From the NCBI GenBank assembly GCA_951406725.2, contig OX597832.1, positions 5,766,001 to 5,830,000 on the forward strand: DNA of 64,000 nucleotides, in the 5' to 3' direction. The notes under the pieces are model-generated. The model was given only the letters and a program-made list of their open reading frames with translations, was not told where the DNA came from and made no database searches. Position 1 is the stretch's first letter. Each line of letters opens with the position of its first letter. Of this stretch, positions 25,167 through 38,876 are shown one piece after another. Made by a program: the position numbers and the translations under genes. Source of the DNA: Octopus vulgaris. Taxonomy: Eukaryota.

Positions 25167-28009
25167 GTAAGCATGTTAGAATCTTAATTAAATATTTATT
25201 TGCATTTATTGGTAAATTTGGAGGGTGGACAAAAAGGTAATTTTAAATGAGGATGGGGTACAGTTGAATGATAGCCCTACCCTCTCCCACTGTTATTAAC
25301 CGTTACTTCTTTTATTGATCTTAACATGTTGAAAGTGAAAATGAGTTCTAGAAACATTTGAATCCACAGAAACAAAAGTAGATATTGCAATGTATTTTGT
25401 CAGGAGACCTGTGATGCCATCTATGAAGCATTGGCCTTCTTTTATTTTGTCTTTATTGCTATCAAATAACTAAACTGAATATTAAATAACTGAGATTGAT
25501 TTAATGATGGTGATAAACTTTTCCATGCTTGCAAGGATCAGATGGAATTTGTTGAGTCAGATTTAATGCAACCGAATACCCTTCCTCCAGCCAACCCCCA
25601 CCTGTTCCCAAGTAAGGTAATATTTTCTCATGATCAGATGATTTTCATGGAAGACTAAATGATGCTCATTAACAATCATCATGTGATTTTCAAACACAGA
25701 CACACACACACACACACACAAATACATACAATGAGCTTCTTCCAGTTTCCGCTTACCAAATCCACTCATAAAGCTTTGGTAAGCTTGGGGTTATTGTAGA
25801 AACCTAAGGTGCTGTGCAGTGGGGCTGAACCTGAGACCACATAATTGAGAAACAAGCTTCTTAATCACACAGCCATGCATCTGATAAGAAATGATTGGTT
25901 TCAAAGTTTGGTACAAGGCCAAAAATTGTTGGGGGAGGGTGCAAGTCAATTACATCAATTCCAGTGCTCAACAGGTACTTATTTTATCGACCCCAAAAGG
26001 ATGAAATTTGACCCTGGTGACATTTAAACTCAGAGCCTATAGTCAGAAGAAATACTGCTAAGCATTTATTCTGGCATGGTAATGATTCTGCCAGCTGGCC
26101 ATCTTATTTTGATATAAAATTATTAATACATGTAATACACAACTTAGAATATCATAATTACTGTCCTAAATTTATTAGGGTCCTTGGTCAAAATATAGAG
26201 GGCAAAATTCAACCCCTGATGCCAAAAGGTGATCATCTTCTGTATTTATCAATCCATTGTTGAATTAGATTGCCTGAATAGGTAGAATAAAATAATGAAT
26301 TTGAAACTAGTGGCAAGAGAGGCTACCATCCATTTTTATTGTTTCTTATATTTAATTAAATCTACTGTATAATTTAAAACAACACTGCCTCTGACTGTAA
26401 GTTTTAATGAATCCAGTCCATTATTTGAGCATTTTCAGTTTTCAGCTGATACTGTAGAGTAGTTATTTTCTGTTATCATTCTTACTGTGAATGATAATCA
26501 TTCTTGGTTTATGATAGAACAATATTTTGGCATGGAAGCATTCTGAATGAAATGCAAATTGCTCTACCAGACTTCTTTAAGGCACTGTCCTGGCCAAGTT
26601 CTCACCAGAAGTTTCAAATCTTAAGACAGTTCAAGTGAAGTTACTCTGACTTGAATTGCACTATCAAACTTTTATTGGAATGATGGCATCACTACTGTTG
26701 TTGCTGCAGCAAAGAACACACACACACACACACACACACATATGTGTGTATGTATTGGCACTGGCCAACTTGAGTCTATAGTGGAAGAAGGCACTTGTTC
26801 AAAGTGCCATTCAGTTGGAATGAATTTAGAACCATTTGGTTATGAAGCTTTACCACGCAGCCTTGCTTGCATCATAAAGATTAAAGTTCTGGAGAGAGAG
26901 ATAAACCTGATCTCTGCCCTTTTGTCAGCCATACTATCTCATCATGTCACCTTTAAAGACAATCATAATCTTGAAAGAAGAGGGGTAAAAAGAGAGGTGA
27001 AGGAGGTGTTAAAGAGAGCTGTTCTCATTTTAGTTGGTTAATAATCCTTGGTAACAAAGGGGATGATATAATGCAACTTATGATAAACCGAATAAACTTT
27101 TTTTTTATTCTTTAATGAGAAAAGCTTAGCCTGCAGCTGTGGAGTAACTTATCTGAGCTCTTCATTGTTTTGCATCATAGCAACTATTTCATTCACATTA
27201 GAAGAGATAAAGACAAGAGCGGGTTAAACACAGGCTGAGAGAGAGAGAGAGAGAGAGAATTGTGTGTGTATGTGTGTATATATGTTTTTGTATGTTCATA
27301 TGTGTCACATGTGTGTATGTGTGTCTGTGCATGTATTGTGTGTGTGCATACCTATCTATCTATCTATATACACACATGTTTGTGTATATATGATGGTGGT
27401 TAGCAGTAGTAGTATAATGAGAATGGAAATGATAGCAATGAGGATGATGACGAAGAGGGGGAAGTAGAGGAGGACAATGATGATAGGAGAGGAACAGGAA
27501 GAGAAGTAAAAGGTAGTAGACTCAAATGTCCTCACTGTCTGTGACAGGAAAGCTATTTCCTGACCCAGTAACAAAGGATAATTTGCACCACTCTCCTCAA
27601 TTCACAAACCTTCTAGGTTTCTTTAACTACAATCTGTACTCTTCAGCCATGCTTTGTTAAGAACAGGAGTTATTGACAGGGATGCCTGACCCCATCATGT
27701 ACAGACATATTTGCACACAAACAGTAATAAATGACAATTAACTACAGTGACTGCACAACAATATTCGATGCACAATAGATGTGTGCACTTCATTTTCTAA
27801 ATGAAGCTCAAACACTAAAATATGTATCCTATACTCTTCCATAAAATATCATAATTTGACTCATCATAACATGTATATATCCAGACAGAATCAGCTAATT
27901 CCATAATCTATAAATAATTGATTTGTGAAAAAAAAAATCAATTTAATAAACTTTTTTAGCTTTTCTAAGAGTAATAAATATATCAGAAGTAAACAATTAA
28001 ATTTTGTTT

Positions 28010-28135
<126 letters not shown>

Positions 28136-28792
28136 TGCTTTCAAATTTTGGCAGAAGGCCAGCAATTTCGGGGAGGAAATAAATTGATTGTATCAACCCC
28201 AGTTTTCAACTGGTACTTATCTTATCGACCATCAAAGACTCAAAGGTAAAGTTGACCTCAGCAGAATTGGAACTCAGAACATAAAGATGGTGAAGATGCC
28301 TCTAAGCATTTTACCCAGCATGCTAATGATTGTACCAGCTTACTGCTTTGCTGTGTGTATGTATGTATGTCTGTATGTATGCATGTGCATGTATGTATGT
28401 ATGTATCATCATCATCATCATCATCATCATTTAATATTCATTTTCCATGCTGGCATGGATATTCCAGATTTTGGCACAATGTCAGTAAATTTGGGGAGGT
28501 GTAAAGTTGATTACATTGTCCCCTGTGCTCAGCTGGTACTTATTTTGTTGACATTTAAAAGATGAAAGGTAATGCTGATGACCTTGGTGGGATTTGAACT
28601 CTTAACATAAGGATGGATAAAATGTTTCTAAGCATTTTGCCTGGTGTGTTAATGTTTCTGCCAGCTTGCCACCTTAACTGGTCTGAATAGTACTAACAGT
28701 TTTGTGCTATCATGAAATCATTAGTTACTTTCTGACTAGTTATGTGGCATAACCAGTAATATACTGCTTGACAATATAAGCACACACACACA

Positions 28793-28835
<43 letters not shown>

Positions 28836-28944
28836 AATTTTGGTGATCTTGTTGATGCCAGTTCATTCTTTTTCTAGAACAAGAAAAGACTAGGTATATT
28901 TAATGGTGGTCTTCCCTTACTTCATTGTATCTACATCAGTCGGT

Positions 28945-29530
28945 TGTGAGACCTTTTGTAAGAGCCAACAGTGTCACCTACTAAGTCAATTCGTCTAGTT
29001 GCAATCAGAAAGACAGTGTAGTGGCACAAGCAGTCAGCACCATATTGGACGAGATCTTGCGGCAGCCATTGCCATCTCTGAGACTGGAGTGAGACCTCAT
29101 CTGCATCCATTTGCCATGCATGAGATCACAACGAGGCTCGCGATGGAAACTATATATAAAGGGAAAACCCGATTCGAATCTCTTTCTTTTTGGCACCACC
29201 CCACAGCAATGCTGGCTGAACACAACCACTGGCTGAGGCTTTCTGCCTGTCTATCTCCAGAGGCAATGTGCCCACACTAACGGAGCTACTACACAATGCA
29301 CACATCTTAGGATGGTTGCTGAGAGCAGTACACTTCACTTATCCTGTAAAAAAAACCTGTAAATAAACCAGTTGTAAATAGCGTTTGTACTTGAAGTCTT
29401 ATCTCTTCAACTCTTCCGATATCGTAAATCTTACTTTCCATTATTAAAAGCATTTACTTGTCCAGCTGGACTCTTCTTATATCATAGCTAATTAGCATAT
29501 CTAGTGACTGTTGTAACCCATTCTCTAGCA
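28945..29530 (+). mobile_element. Possible solo LTR
   Basis: CpG-richer island with TG...CA ends, TATATATAAA (29151) and AATAAA/ATTAAA (29361/29443). No TSD seen. Confidence 0.35.
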
Positions 29531-30416
29531 GAATGGTTCTGCCAGGCATAAGAATTGAATATCTGAGGAAAGAATCACTGGGCAGATTTTCATAGTAAGA
29601 GAGGCATACCTTAGAACTTTGCCCCCAAGACTTTTGTGAGGTTGCTGTGTTCCAGTCCCCCCTTTATAGCAAAAAGGTGAACTGGAACACTAAGTGTTAA
29701 GTTGTTGGAGATTTCTTCTTACTAGCCATGCACACATTGTTATTTCAGAGATGGGATTGGAACTATTATCAATTTAGATATGCATGACTTCCTTCACATG
29801 GAACAATTTATGCTTAAATTAACAAAATACAAATCAATCATATGGAATAATTTACAGGTTACAATTACCATTAATCAACAATAGAGAATTCACAATCAAT
29901 CAATAGACTATATGCATTTTTGGCTACTGTTTCTGATAAGTTGTAGAGGACCTGAGCACTGTATACAATAAGTTCATTATACATATCAATCAATAGACTA
30001 ACAAGCATAATTTCTATACAAAATTAATGATGATTTTTTATGGAATATATTTTTATGTCTATGATTTTGCTTTATAATATTTAAATCTCTAACTCATTGA
30101 GTTAGAGAGTAAGAATTTGAAGAATAACATTTAGTGGTCTATTCTAGAGAAATTACCATTCTTTGATTATTTTGTTTTGTACTACTCTTTACTTGTTTCA
30201 GTCATTTGAGTGCGGCCATGCTGGAGCACCACCTTTAGTCGAGCAAATCGACCCCAGGACTTATTCTTTGGAAGCCTAGTACTTATTCTATTGGTCTCTT
30301 TTGCTGAACCGCTAAGTTACGGGGACGTAGACACACCAACATCAGTTGTCAAGCAAGGATGGGGGACAGAAACAGACACATACACATTTATATATACATA
30401 TATATATATATATATA

Positions 30417-31618
30417 CTAGCTGAAGGTGACCCGCTCTACGCGCGGGTAAGAGTGTGGTTGTTACTTTCTGTTGCTTCCTTTCAGTACGTAAAAAGCACC
30501 ATCCGAACGTGGTTGATTGCAGCGCTGCCTTGACTGGCTTCTGTGCCGGTGGCACGTAAAAAGCACCAACCGATCGTTGCCGCTGTGAGCCCCCCTGGCA
30601 CCTGTGCTGGCAGCATGAAAAATGCACCCACTACACTCACAGAGTGGTTGGCATTAGGAAGGTCATCCACCTGTAGAAACACTGCCAGATCAGACTGGAG
30701 CCTGGTGTAGCCTCCTGGCTTCCCAGACCCCGGTCAAACTGTCCAGCCCATGCTAGCACGGAAAAGAGATGTTAAACGATGATGATGATGATTCTCCCTC
30801 TTTGTTTCTCTCTCCTTTCTCTCTCACTTTCCCACTCTCTTACTTTTCTTTTCTCTTGGACTCTCCCTCGCTTTCTCTTACTCTCTATCTTTATCTATCT
30901 CTCTCCCATTTATAAACAACAAAAAATCTTGAGTAAGTTGAGAAATAAAATATTTAGAAAGATCAATCATAAATATCAGGCAGTGGCAACGGAAAGGTCT
31001 GCTTCAAGGCAGACAGCAAAAAGCTAACATTTAAAAGGGACAGACGAACTTGCGAGCTGAATGAAAATAATAAAATATTGGAAACCAAAGTTTGAAGGGA
31101 TAGAATCTGAGGATAGTAGAGTCACCATGGCTGGCATTTCTTAACGACGGACAGCAACGTATTGACAGTTTAATGGCTGGCGTAAAATTTTGAGCTTGAT
31201 GTAAAAGAAAATTCGTAAGCACCAAGTTTTGAAGTGATTCTTTCTCACGACAGTAGACTCACCATAGCAAGCATTCAAAACTTCTTCATCATGGACGGCA
31301 ACACATTGACGATTAAAAGGCTGGCGCAAATTTTTTTAGCTTGATATAACAGAGAATTCCTAAACACTCGCTCCTTTAAATTTTAATCCCCTTCAAGCCC
31401 CATTTAAACATCTTTTCACATTTTGGTTAATATAACCCGATTTCATTTGGGTCTACTGGGGCCCCATTTTATAAGATGAAGAATTTTGTCCTAGAGGTCA
31501 TGCCTTTCATTTGAGGGAAAAAATAGTTGTCATGCAAACTTGCCAGCACTTTTAACATAGGTGTGCATATTTTCAGCTGAACCGACCGACCACATAATGC
31601 ACACATTATATATATATT

Positions 31619-31650
<32 letters not shown>

Positions 31651-32373
31651 CACGCATTATATATACAAATTATATATATATATGCATAAATTAAATTAGA
31701 GATAAAACCACAAATAGGCAAATGAAACAGTAAAAAACCAAAAACAAAAACATAAAAATAAAAATATAATATATAAAATATATAAAATATAAAATTTAAA
31801 TTATTTAAATTTAAAATAAAAATTATTAAATTATATTTATAATTTGTTTAAAAATAAATATAACTATCAAAAAGTATTAAAAAGTTTAATATACATAAAT
31901 ACATATATATACACTTTGTATATATACATTATATATACATATTTATATATAGAACACACACGCACACACACATATATAAATGAACGCAAGAAATATCTGA
32001 TTCATAATATTTGTTCTCATGATTGTGTGTTGTTGGTGGCGATGATAATTCTCTCTATGAATGCAGACAGATACATAAAAGAACGCCGTTTGACGAACTT
32101 ATAAAGGGAAACTGAAGGGGAGTTAGAGGAGAATGGAGGAAATAGTGTGAGTGAGTGAGGAAGGCATATACGTAAAAGAGCAGAAGTGGACTTGTCAAAG
32201 TGGGTTTTTGGCCCCTAGCAATGACACCTTTTAAGATAGGGATTTCTAAGGTAGCCTACGGGCATCGTCACCTCATTTTACATGTCCCTGTAAATTATGG
32301 AGTGAATCCGGCAGGATGTAGTGGCCTTGAAAGCGATCCAAGCGGTAAAAACGCATTTCAGTTTTATATATAG

Positions 32374-32374
<1 letters not shown>
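30417..32374 (-). mobile_element. Non-autonomous Helitron (~1.96 kb)
   Basis: Minus strand 5' A|TCTATATATAAAACTGAAATG at 32374; 3' hairpin ACCCGC-GCGTAGA-GCGGGT then CACCTTCAG-CTAG|T at 30417; no TSD. Confidence 0.85.
30480..30790 (+). mobile_element. (GAT)n-tailed SINE/RTE 3' end nested inside the Helitron
   Basis: CGTAAAAAGCACC repeats...GGTTGGCATTAGGAAGG...GTTAAACGATGATGATG. Confidence 0.78.
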
Positions 32375-32422
<48 letters not shown>

Positions 32423-32829
32423 CACATATATACAACGGGCTTCTTTCAGTTTCCATCTACCAAATCCACTCACAAGGCTTTGGTCGGCCCGAGGCAATAG
32501 TAGACGACACTTGCCCACCAGAACTATGCCGTTGGTAAGCAAGCTACTTACCACACAACCACTCCTGCGCCTATAATGCCTGTACTCCTGATTTCATGGG
32601 TATGATGAGTGTTAGGAAATTGAGTACCCTTACTCCTGATGTTAAAAGCTTTAGTTCATTGCTATGCTGTTTTTTACAATTGTTTTGGGCAGAAACCATG
32701 GTTGAGAGCCTAAATTGTTTTGCAACAATATGATGCCTAGTTTCATCACATAACATGGCACCTTTAGCAACTGTTTTCCACCATATTCCTTTGGTGGAAA
32801 TTGGGAAAAGGAAAATATGTACAAGACAT

Positions 32830-32869
<40 letters not shown>

Positions 32870-33001
32870 TGTGTGTGCATGTGTGTGTCTGTGTGTGTGA
32901 GAGAGAGAAAGGGAGTGACAGATATACATATATGTGTGCATACACATATACATATATATGCACATGTGTGCTCACACATACGTGTGCATACTAAATGTGT
33001 G

Positions 33002-33052
<51 letters not shown>

Positions 33053-33449
33053 ATGTATATATTATGGCATGTGGCCTAGTGGTTAGGCTGTTGCATTCAC
33101 AATCACTAGATCATGGGTTTGATTCCCTGATTGGACAGCGTGTTGTGTTCTTGAGCAAAACACTTCATTTCATGTTGCTCCAGTTCCCCTATCAGTGGGG
33201 AATGTTGGCCTGCTCACCTAGCCAGTGAGCTGGCATTATCTGAAGGCTAAAACAATGTAAAAATGCATTGTGATCAGGGATATGTAACAACATCTGATAA
33301 CCTGGTCAGTCATGTGATCATATGATATATGTATATAAATATATAAATACACATGTATATCCTTTGTAGAAAATATAAATCCAAAGAAGAAGCACACTCT
33401 AAGATGTAGAACAATATATTTCTTTTTTAACTGGGGAAGGCCAGTTTAT

Positions 33450-33508
33450 TGGATTATTCTGGGTTTTCCATCCATAAGGGTTTACCTTGTGGCGTTTCAT
33501 CAGACCCC
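33450..33508 (-). ncRNA. Degenerate hammerhead motif in PLE pLTR
   Basis: GGGGT CTGATGA..CCACAAGG TAAAC CCTTATGG..GAAA..TA ATCCA; stem III eroded. Confidence 0.5.
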
Positions 33509-34665
33509 AAAAATTGTTGGTTTAAGACCTCTTCAAATTATGGAGGGAGAAAGGCCTTGTACGGATATAAACAAGGGGATTATCTCCCTTTGCCATTCGC
33601 CATTGACTATTGACTTCCGGCTGTGCTGCTATCTTGCTGTCTCGAAAAAGCTACAAAGGTAAACAATAGGGGATTATCTCCCTTTGCCATTGGATATCAA
33701 CTTCCAGCTGTGCTGCCATCTCGCAGATCCCAAAACACCAGCAAGAATTTCCTAAAATGAAAATAGCCTGAAAATCTCCATTCTGGAGTTAAGGATGCTC
33801 CCTGGCATGAGTGAGGTTTTTAGGATTCTTGCACATTCAGCTATGCATAACTTGCAGCGCTTCATCCTGTTGATGTAGGGGCCTGAGTTTTCAAGGATTT
33901 TCCATGAGATCGAGTATGGGATCCCATTGTCACTTAGTTGCCAGATGTGGCTGCTAGTGATGTTACCTATCTCCTTTCCGGGACCCTGATGGAGAATTTA
34001 CGATTAGAATGTGTTGCTTGAAAGAATTCCCAGTTCATCCAATGTATTTCCATGGGCGTGCGTTGTCTGCACTGCACCTGTTAGTGTTGCTGCTGTTGTT
34101 GTTGCTGTTGATACTGGAGCTGGGGCTGCTGGTGTTGGTGCCACCGGAGTTAATGTTATCACCTCTGCGTGTGTTGCTGTTACTGCACCTTTTGTTGTTG
34201 TTACTGTTGCTGTTGTTGTTGTTGCTGTTGTTGTTGTTGCTGCTGCTATCATTGATATTGCTGTTGTTGGTGCTGGGGCTGCTGGTGTTGGTGCTTGCAA
34301 TGGTGGGGTTGGTGGTAGCATTGGTAATCCTATTGTCATTGCTGGTTATGGAGACGGTGCTGCTGTTGTTAATACTGTTGATATTGCAGCTATTGTTGTT
34401 GTTATTACTATTAATATTGCGGTCTCCACTGATGGTGGGGGAGCTGCCACTGCTGTTAGAGGTGTCATTAGCCATGTTTATGCCATAGCTTCTGCTAGGG
34501 CCACTGCCATTGCTGTTGTTGTCGTCATAGCTTGCAATGGCACTGAACATGTTTCTGCTCCTACTATAGTGGCTGTCAGGTCTGCTAGTGTGGATGTTGT
34601 CAGTTCTGCTGTCAGGGAAGCTACTGGTGAGGCTGGTGCTGGTGGCTGTGTTGCTGCTTTTTTTA

Positions 34666-34887
34666 AGGCGGCGAGCTGGCAGAAACGTTAGCACGCCGGG
34701 CGTAATGCGTATCCGTATTTCGTCTGCCGCTACGTTCTGAGTTCCAATTCCACCAAGGTTGACTTTGCCTTTCATTCTTTTGGGGTCGATAAATTAAGTA
34801 CCAGTTACGCACTGGGGTCGATGTGATTGACTTAATCCCTTTGTTTGTCCCCTCTGTGTTTAGCCCTTTGTGGGTAGTAAATAAATA
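34666..34887 (+). mobile_element. Young family B SINE inserted in the PLE ORF
   Basis: Complete GGCGGCGAGCTGGCAGAAACG head; 14-bp TSD GTGTTGCTGCTTTT on both sides. Confidence 0.92.
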
Positions 34888-36093
34888 GGTGTTGCTGCTT
34901 TTGATGTTAGTGATGGTGCTGTCGAGGGTGTTGTTCCTGCTGTCAATGGTGCTGCTGTTGTTGACATTGCTAATGCTGTCCACTGCAGTAATGGCTGCAG
35001 TGTTGTTGGCTCTGTTTTCATGCCTCTGGCTGCTATTGCTCCTGCCAGTGGTATTGGCAGGGTTCACTGGTACTTCAGTTTGATAGACGTCCCCTTTGGT
35101 TTTGCAGTGGCCTCCTACCGGGTGACTATTGTGGTTCCTGCATGAACAACCTGCTTCTTCTAGTGGCTTAGGGGCACTAACTAGGATGCTCTTAATATTG
35201 GGGGCACAACTAAATGAGACCCTAACGTTGTGTCTGTTGAAAATGGGCCTGTACCTATGGGAGCTAGTGAAGTGCTTGTCTTTTAATTTAAGGAATAGTC
35301 TACTTACAGGCATTATTGTGTTAAGGGAGAAGGGGGGATGCAAACCAAATTGTATTTTTGTGGTGCTTCCTTCTGTGGCTGTTGGGTTCCGGCATATCGG
35401 AGATGCGGTCCCTAAACCCGCTGGCAGTTAGGGTCTCTTTATAGTATGAGGCTACTGCATCAAAGGCCTCTTTGTTAGAGGAAAGGCTCAAAATCCTCTT
35501 ACTAACACCCTTAACCAGGTTCCTGAACATGATTGGTAGGTGACAGGAGGTTGTGTTGATGTACGTTAGCCTCTCGCTTGGCAACAGCAGCAACAATGAC
35601 CATAGCAACAGTAACAAGTGCAGTGTTGGCAACGTGTGCACACAGAAATTCATTGGATGTAATGGGAATTCTTTCAAGTAATGCATTTTCAGCCATAAAT
35701 TCTCCTTCAGGGTCCTGGAAAGGAGATACGTAACATTGCTGCCCAGTCATGTCTGGCATCTAAGAAACAATGGAATCCTACACTCGATCTCATGGAAAAT
35801 CCTCAAAAACTCAGGCCCCTACATCAAGATGAAGCACCGCAAGTTATGCATAGCTGAATGTGCGAGAATCCTAAAAGACTTGCTTGAGCCAGGGAGCATC
35901 CTTAACTCCAGAACAGAGATTTTCAGGCCATGTTTGCATTTTTGGAAATTCCAGCTGACATTTTGGGATTTGCAAGATGGCAACACAGCTGGAAGTTGAT
36001 AGCTAATGGCAAAGGGAGATAATCCCCTTGTTTACATTCATACAAGGCCTTTCCCCCTCCGTAATTTGAAGAGGTCTTAAGCCAACAGATTTT

Positions 36094-36153
36094 GGGGTCT
36101 GGCGATATGCCATAAAGCTAAACCCTTATGGATGGGAAACTCAGAGTAATCTC
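36094..36153 (+). ncRNA. Degenerate hammerhead motif in the inverted pLTR
   Basis: GGGGT CTGGCGA..CCATAA..TTATGG..GAAA CTCAGAG TA ATCTC; core has an A>G change. Confidence 0.5.
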
Positions 36154-36199
36154 ATAAACTGGCCTTCCCTAGTAAAAAAAGCATATATATATATAAAAA

Positions 36200-36235
<36 letters not shown>

Positions 36236-36744
36236 GTATATATCTCCATTTAATATCCTCTTTTCCATGCATGCATGGGTTGAACAGAATTTGTTGAGGC
36301 AGATTTTCTGTGGCTAGATTCCTCTGATATTACACCAATCTTCTCTTGTTTCCAAGTAAGTTAATATTTTTCCGTGACCAGACATGTCTTGGAAGATTAG
36401 AAACAAAGAACACTTCTTGCATGATGCTTGCACTGGCATCGACCATGCTTGAATGTTGCTTTTACGTGATGTTCAATGGGAGCCAGTCCGGCAGCACTGG
36501 CATTGATCACACTCAAATAGTGCTTTTTACGTGCAATACACATATATATTTATATGACCAATATACACACACACACACACACACACACATACAGCAAACT
36601 CTTTCCACTTTCTGTCTACCAAGTCTCACTGGGGAATTGTAACTAATGGTGCTATTGTTCAGATATTGTAGAATGAAACAATCATGAAAATTAATGTGGT
36701 ATATATTTGTTATATGGTATAGATGAGTCATCTGATTGTTCTAT

Positions 36745-36810
<66 letters not shown>

Positions 36811-36877
36811 TGTAAAAAGCACACATGACTACATATGTATGCATATAAACGAATATATATGTTTGTGTATGTGTATC

Positions 36878-36909
<32 letters not shown>

Positions 36910-37496
36910 TGTATGTATGTATGTATGTATGTATGTATGTATTATGTATGTATGTATGTATATGTATATACACATAGTGATCTTTAACACTTGATGTTGC
37001 AAAGGAATGTTTCCCAGGAGGCTACCCTGCAACTAATCGGTGTATAAACGAAACATACACTATGAATGTGTCATCGATAATGTTTTATTTTATTAAAGCT
37101 GCTTTTAATTTAAAGTTTTTCATTTTGTCTCCTATGTGTTATGCACAACACATCAGCAAATAGACATTACACTATTTGCATATCTCTCTCTCTGACCGAT
37201 GATATGATTTTGTTTTGAGGCGAGTCGAGTATATGGTGCTGATGGGCTAAAACAAGAGCAAAATATTGATAGCCACCATCCCTGTTTATCTTTCGGGTGA
37301 ATTATCTCACTTGGTCTGAAACATTTAGTGCTATTTAACAGTTGGCATCATAAAGGGACATTTCCCAGGACCTTACCCTACAGCTAATGGGTATATAAAC
37401 AAAATACACTATGTGTGTTATCATTAATGTTTTTACCCACACGCAAATACACACACAAACACACACACACATTGATGTGTATTGCATATATATATA

Positions 37497-38455
37497 TGTA
37501 CCGGATGACCCATAACTCATTGGGTTACAGCCGTTCCAAGTTGAAAATGTCAATGAATGGCAGCAAAGGCAAAAATACTATTTCAAACTTCATGCTATAA
37601 AATTCTTAAATAATACAGTTCTCCTGCTTTTGGTGTGACACGTAAACATGACCAAGTGTTTTTTCTTTGAAAACGTTCAAATGGCCTTGCTTTCTTCTTT
37701 GCCACTCTTTGTTACTACTGTTACAAGTGAAATGCATGGGTACTTCAGCATAAAGCAATGTTTTTGCTAAGTCATCATTGGTGCACAATGAAAAGAATTC
37801 TGTCAATGTTGTTCTCATATGTTGTTCATTGATTGCTATGTATATCTTCATTATTTCTGAGCAATATTGTTTGTTCATCTGATAGGTGAACTTGCAGTCT
37901 CACTATTGCAGGTGCTCTTTCATGAATGGAAAATTCTAAAATGGATGCAACTGCTTCAGATGGTCAAATATACCTACCCATTAGATATTGACTAATTTCA
38001 ATATCATTGTTTATTTGAACAGCAGCTTGCTTATCTCCTTTTAAGCATGTTCTTGATGACGTATTTAATTGACCTCACAATGATTTCAACATTGTAGTGG
38101 CATTTGAATGCATTTAAAAGAGTTTCATTATAAGGCAGTGATCCACAACTTGTTTTCACTTGTGGTACATTGATATTCTTTCCAAAATTCAGTGGCACAC
38201 TTGAACTAAAACTATAGCTAAAAAGTATAGGGAAAAAAACGATATTCAGATTACACTGCGGTACACCTAGCATTGTCTTGTGGCACACCAGTGTGCCACA
38301 ACATACCAGTTGCAGAACTCCGTTATAAGGTATGACCCATTTGTTGCTGATTGGTTTTCCATTCTTATGAGTTCAACTCCTCCCATTGAAACTGATCTTC
38401 ATCTAAATGAGATAGTTTCTTCCTTTTCCTGCTTTTTGATTAAGATGATTAAGGT
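37497..38455 (-). mobile_element. Decayed autonomous-type Helitron (Rep domain and linker fragments)
   Basis: NKWVIPYN, LLNAFKCHYNVEI.VRSIKYV, IHERAPAIVRLQVHL and TLTEFFSLC...LLYAEVP..F..WQRRKQG..LGHVY; degenerate 3' hairpin ACCCA..TGGGT near 37508-37525. Confidence 0.82.
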
Positions 38456-38876
38456 TACTCTTTACTCTTTTACTCTTTTACTTGTTTCAGTCATTTGACT
38501 GCGGCCATGCTGGAGCACCGCCTTTTAGTCGAGCAAATCGACCCCGGGACTTATTCTTTGTAAGCCCAGTACTTATTTTATCGGTCTCTTTTGCCGAACC
38601 GCTAAGTAACGGGGACGTAAACACACCAGCATCGGTTGTCAAGCAATGCTAGGGGGACAAACACAGACACACAAACACATACACACACACACACATATAT
38701 ATATACATATATACGACAGGCTTCTTTCAGTTTCCGTCTACAAAATCCACTCACAAGGCATTGGTCGGCCCGGGGCTATAGCAGAAGACACTTGCCCAAG
38801 ATGCCACGCAGTGGGACTGAACCCGGAACCATGTGGCTGGTTAGCAAGCTACTTACCACACAGCCACTCCTGCGCC
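38456..38876 (-). mobile_element. Family A SINE, young copy
   Basis: Complete head, microsatellite and tail with CpGs retained. Confidence 0.92.

Larger units (their letters stand above)
30183..32571 (-). mobile_element. Family A SINE split in its internal microsatellite by a Helitron
   Basis: SINE 3' half at 30183-30416 and 5' half at 32375-32571 join into one complete copy. Confidence 0.85.
33425..36175 (-). mobile_element. 5'-truncated Penelope-like element with inverted pseudo-LTR (possibly Naiad-type)
   Basis: RT thumb/linker (YINTTSCH...KNTIWF.PPFS...DKHF..SHRYRPIFNRHNVRVSFSCAPNIKS), CSCR..HPVGGHC, VYQ...KYIG, HIWQL..ISWKIL..PY..CKLC on the minus strand; ~35580-36175 is a diverged inverted copy of ~33425-34110. 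Confidence 0.9.

Noticed and set aside
34009-34691. Ala/Val/Gly-rich 226-aa ORF and Leu-rich ORF on the + strand
   Set aside because: Antisense shadow of the low-complexity insert in the minus-strand PLE ORF.
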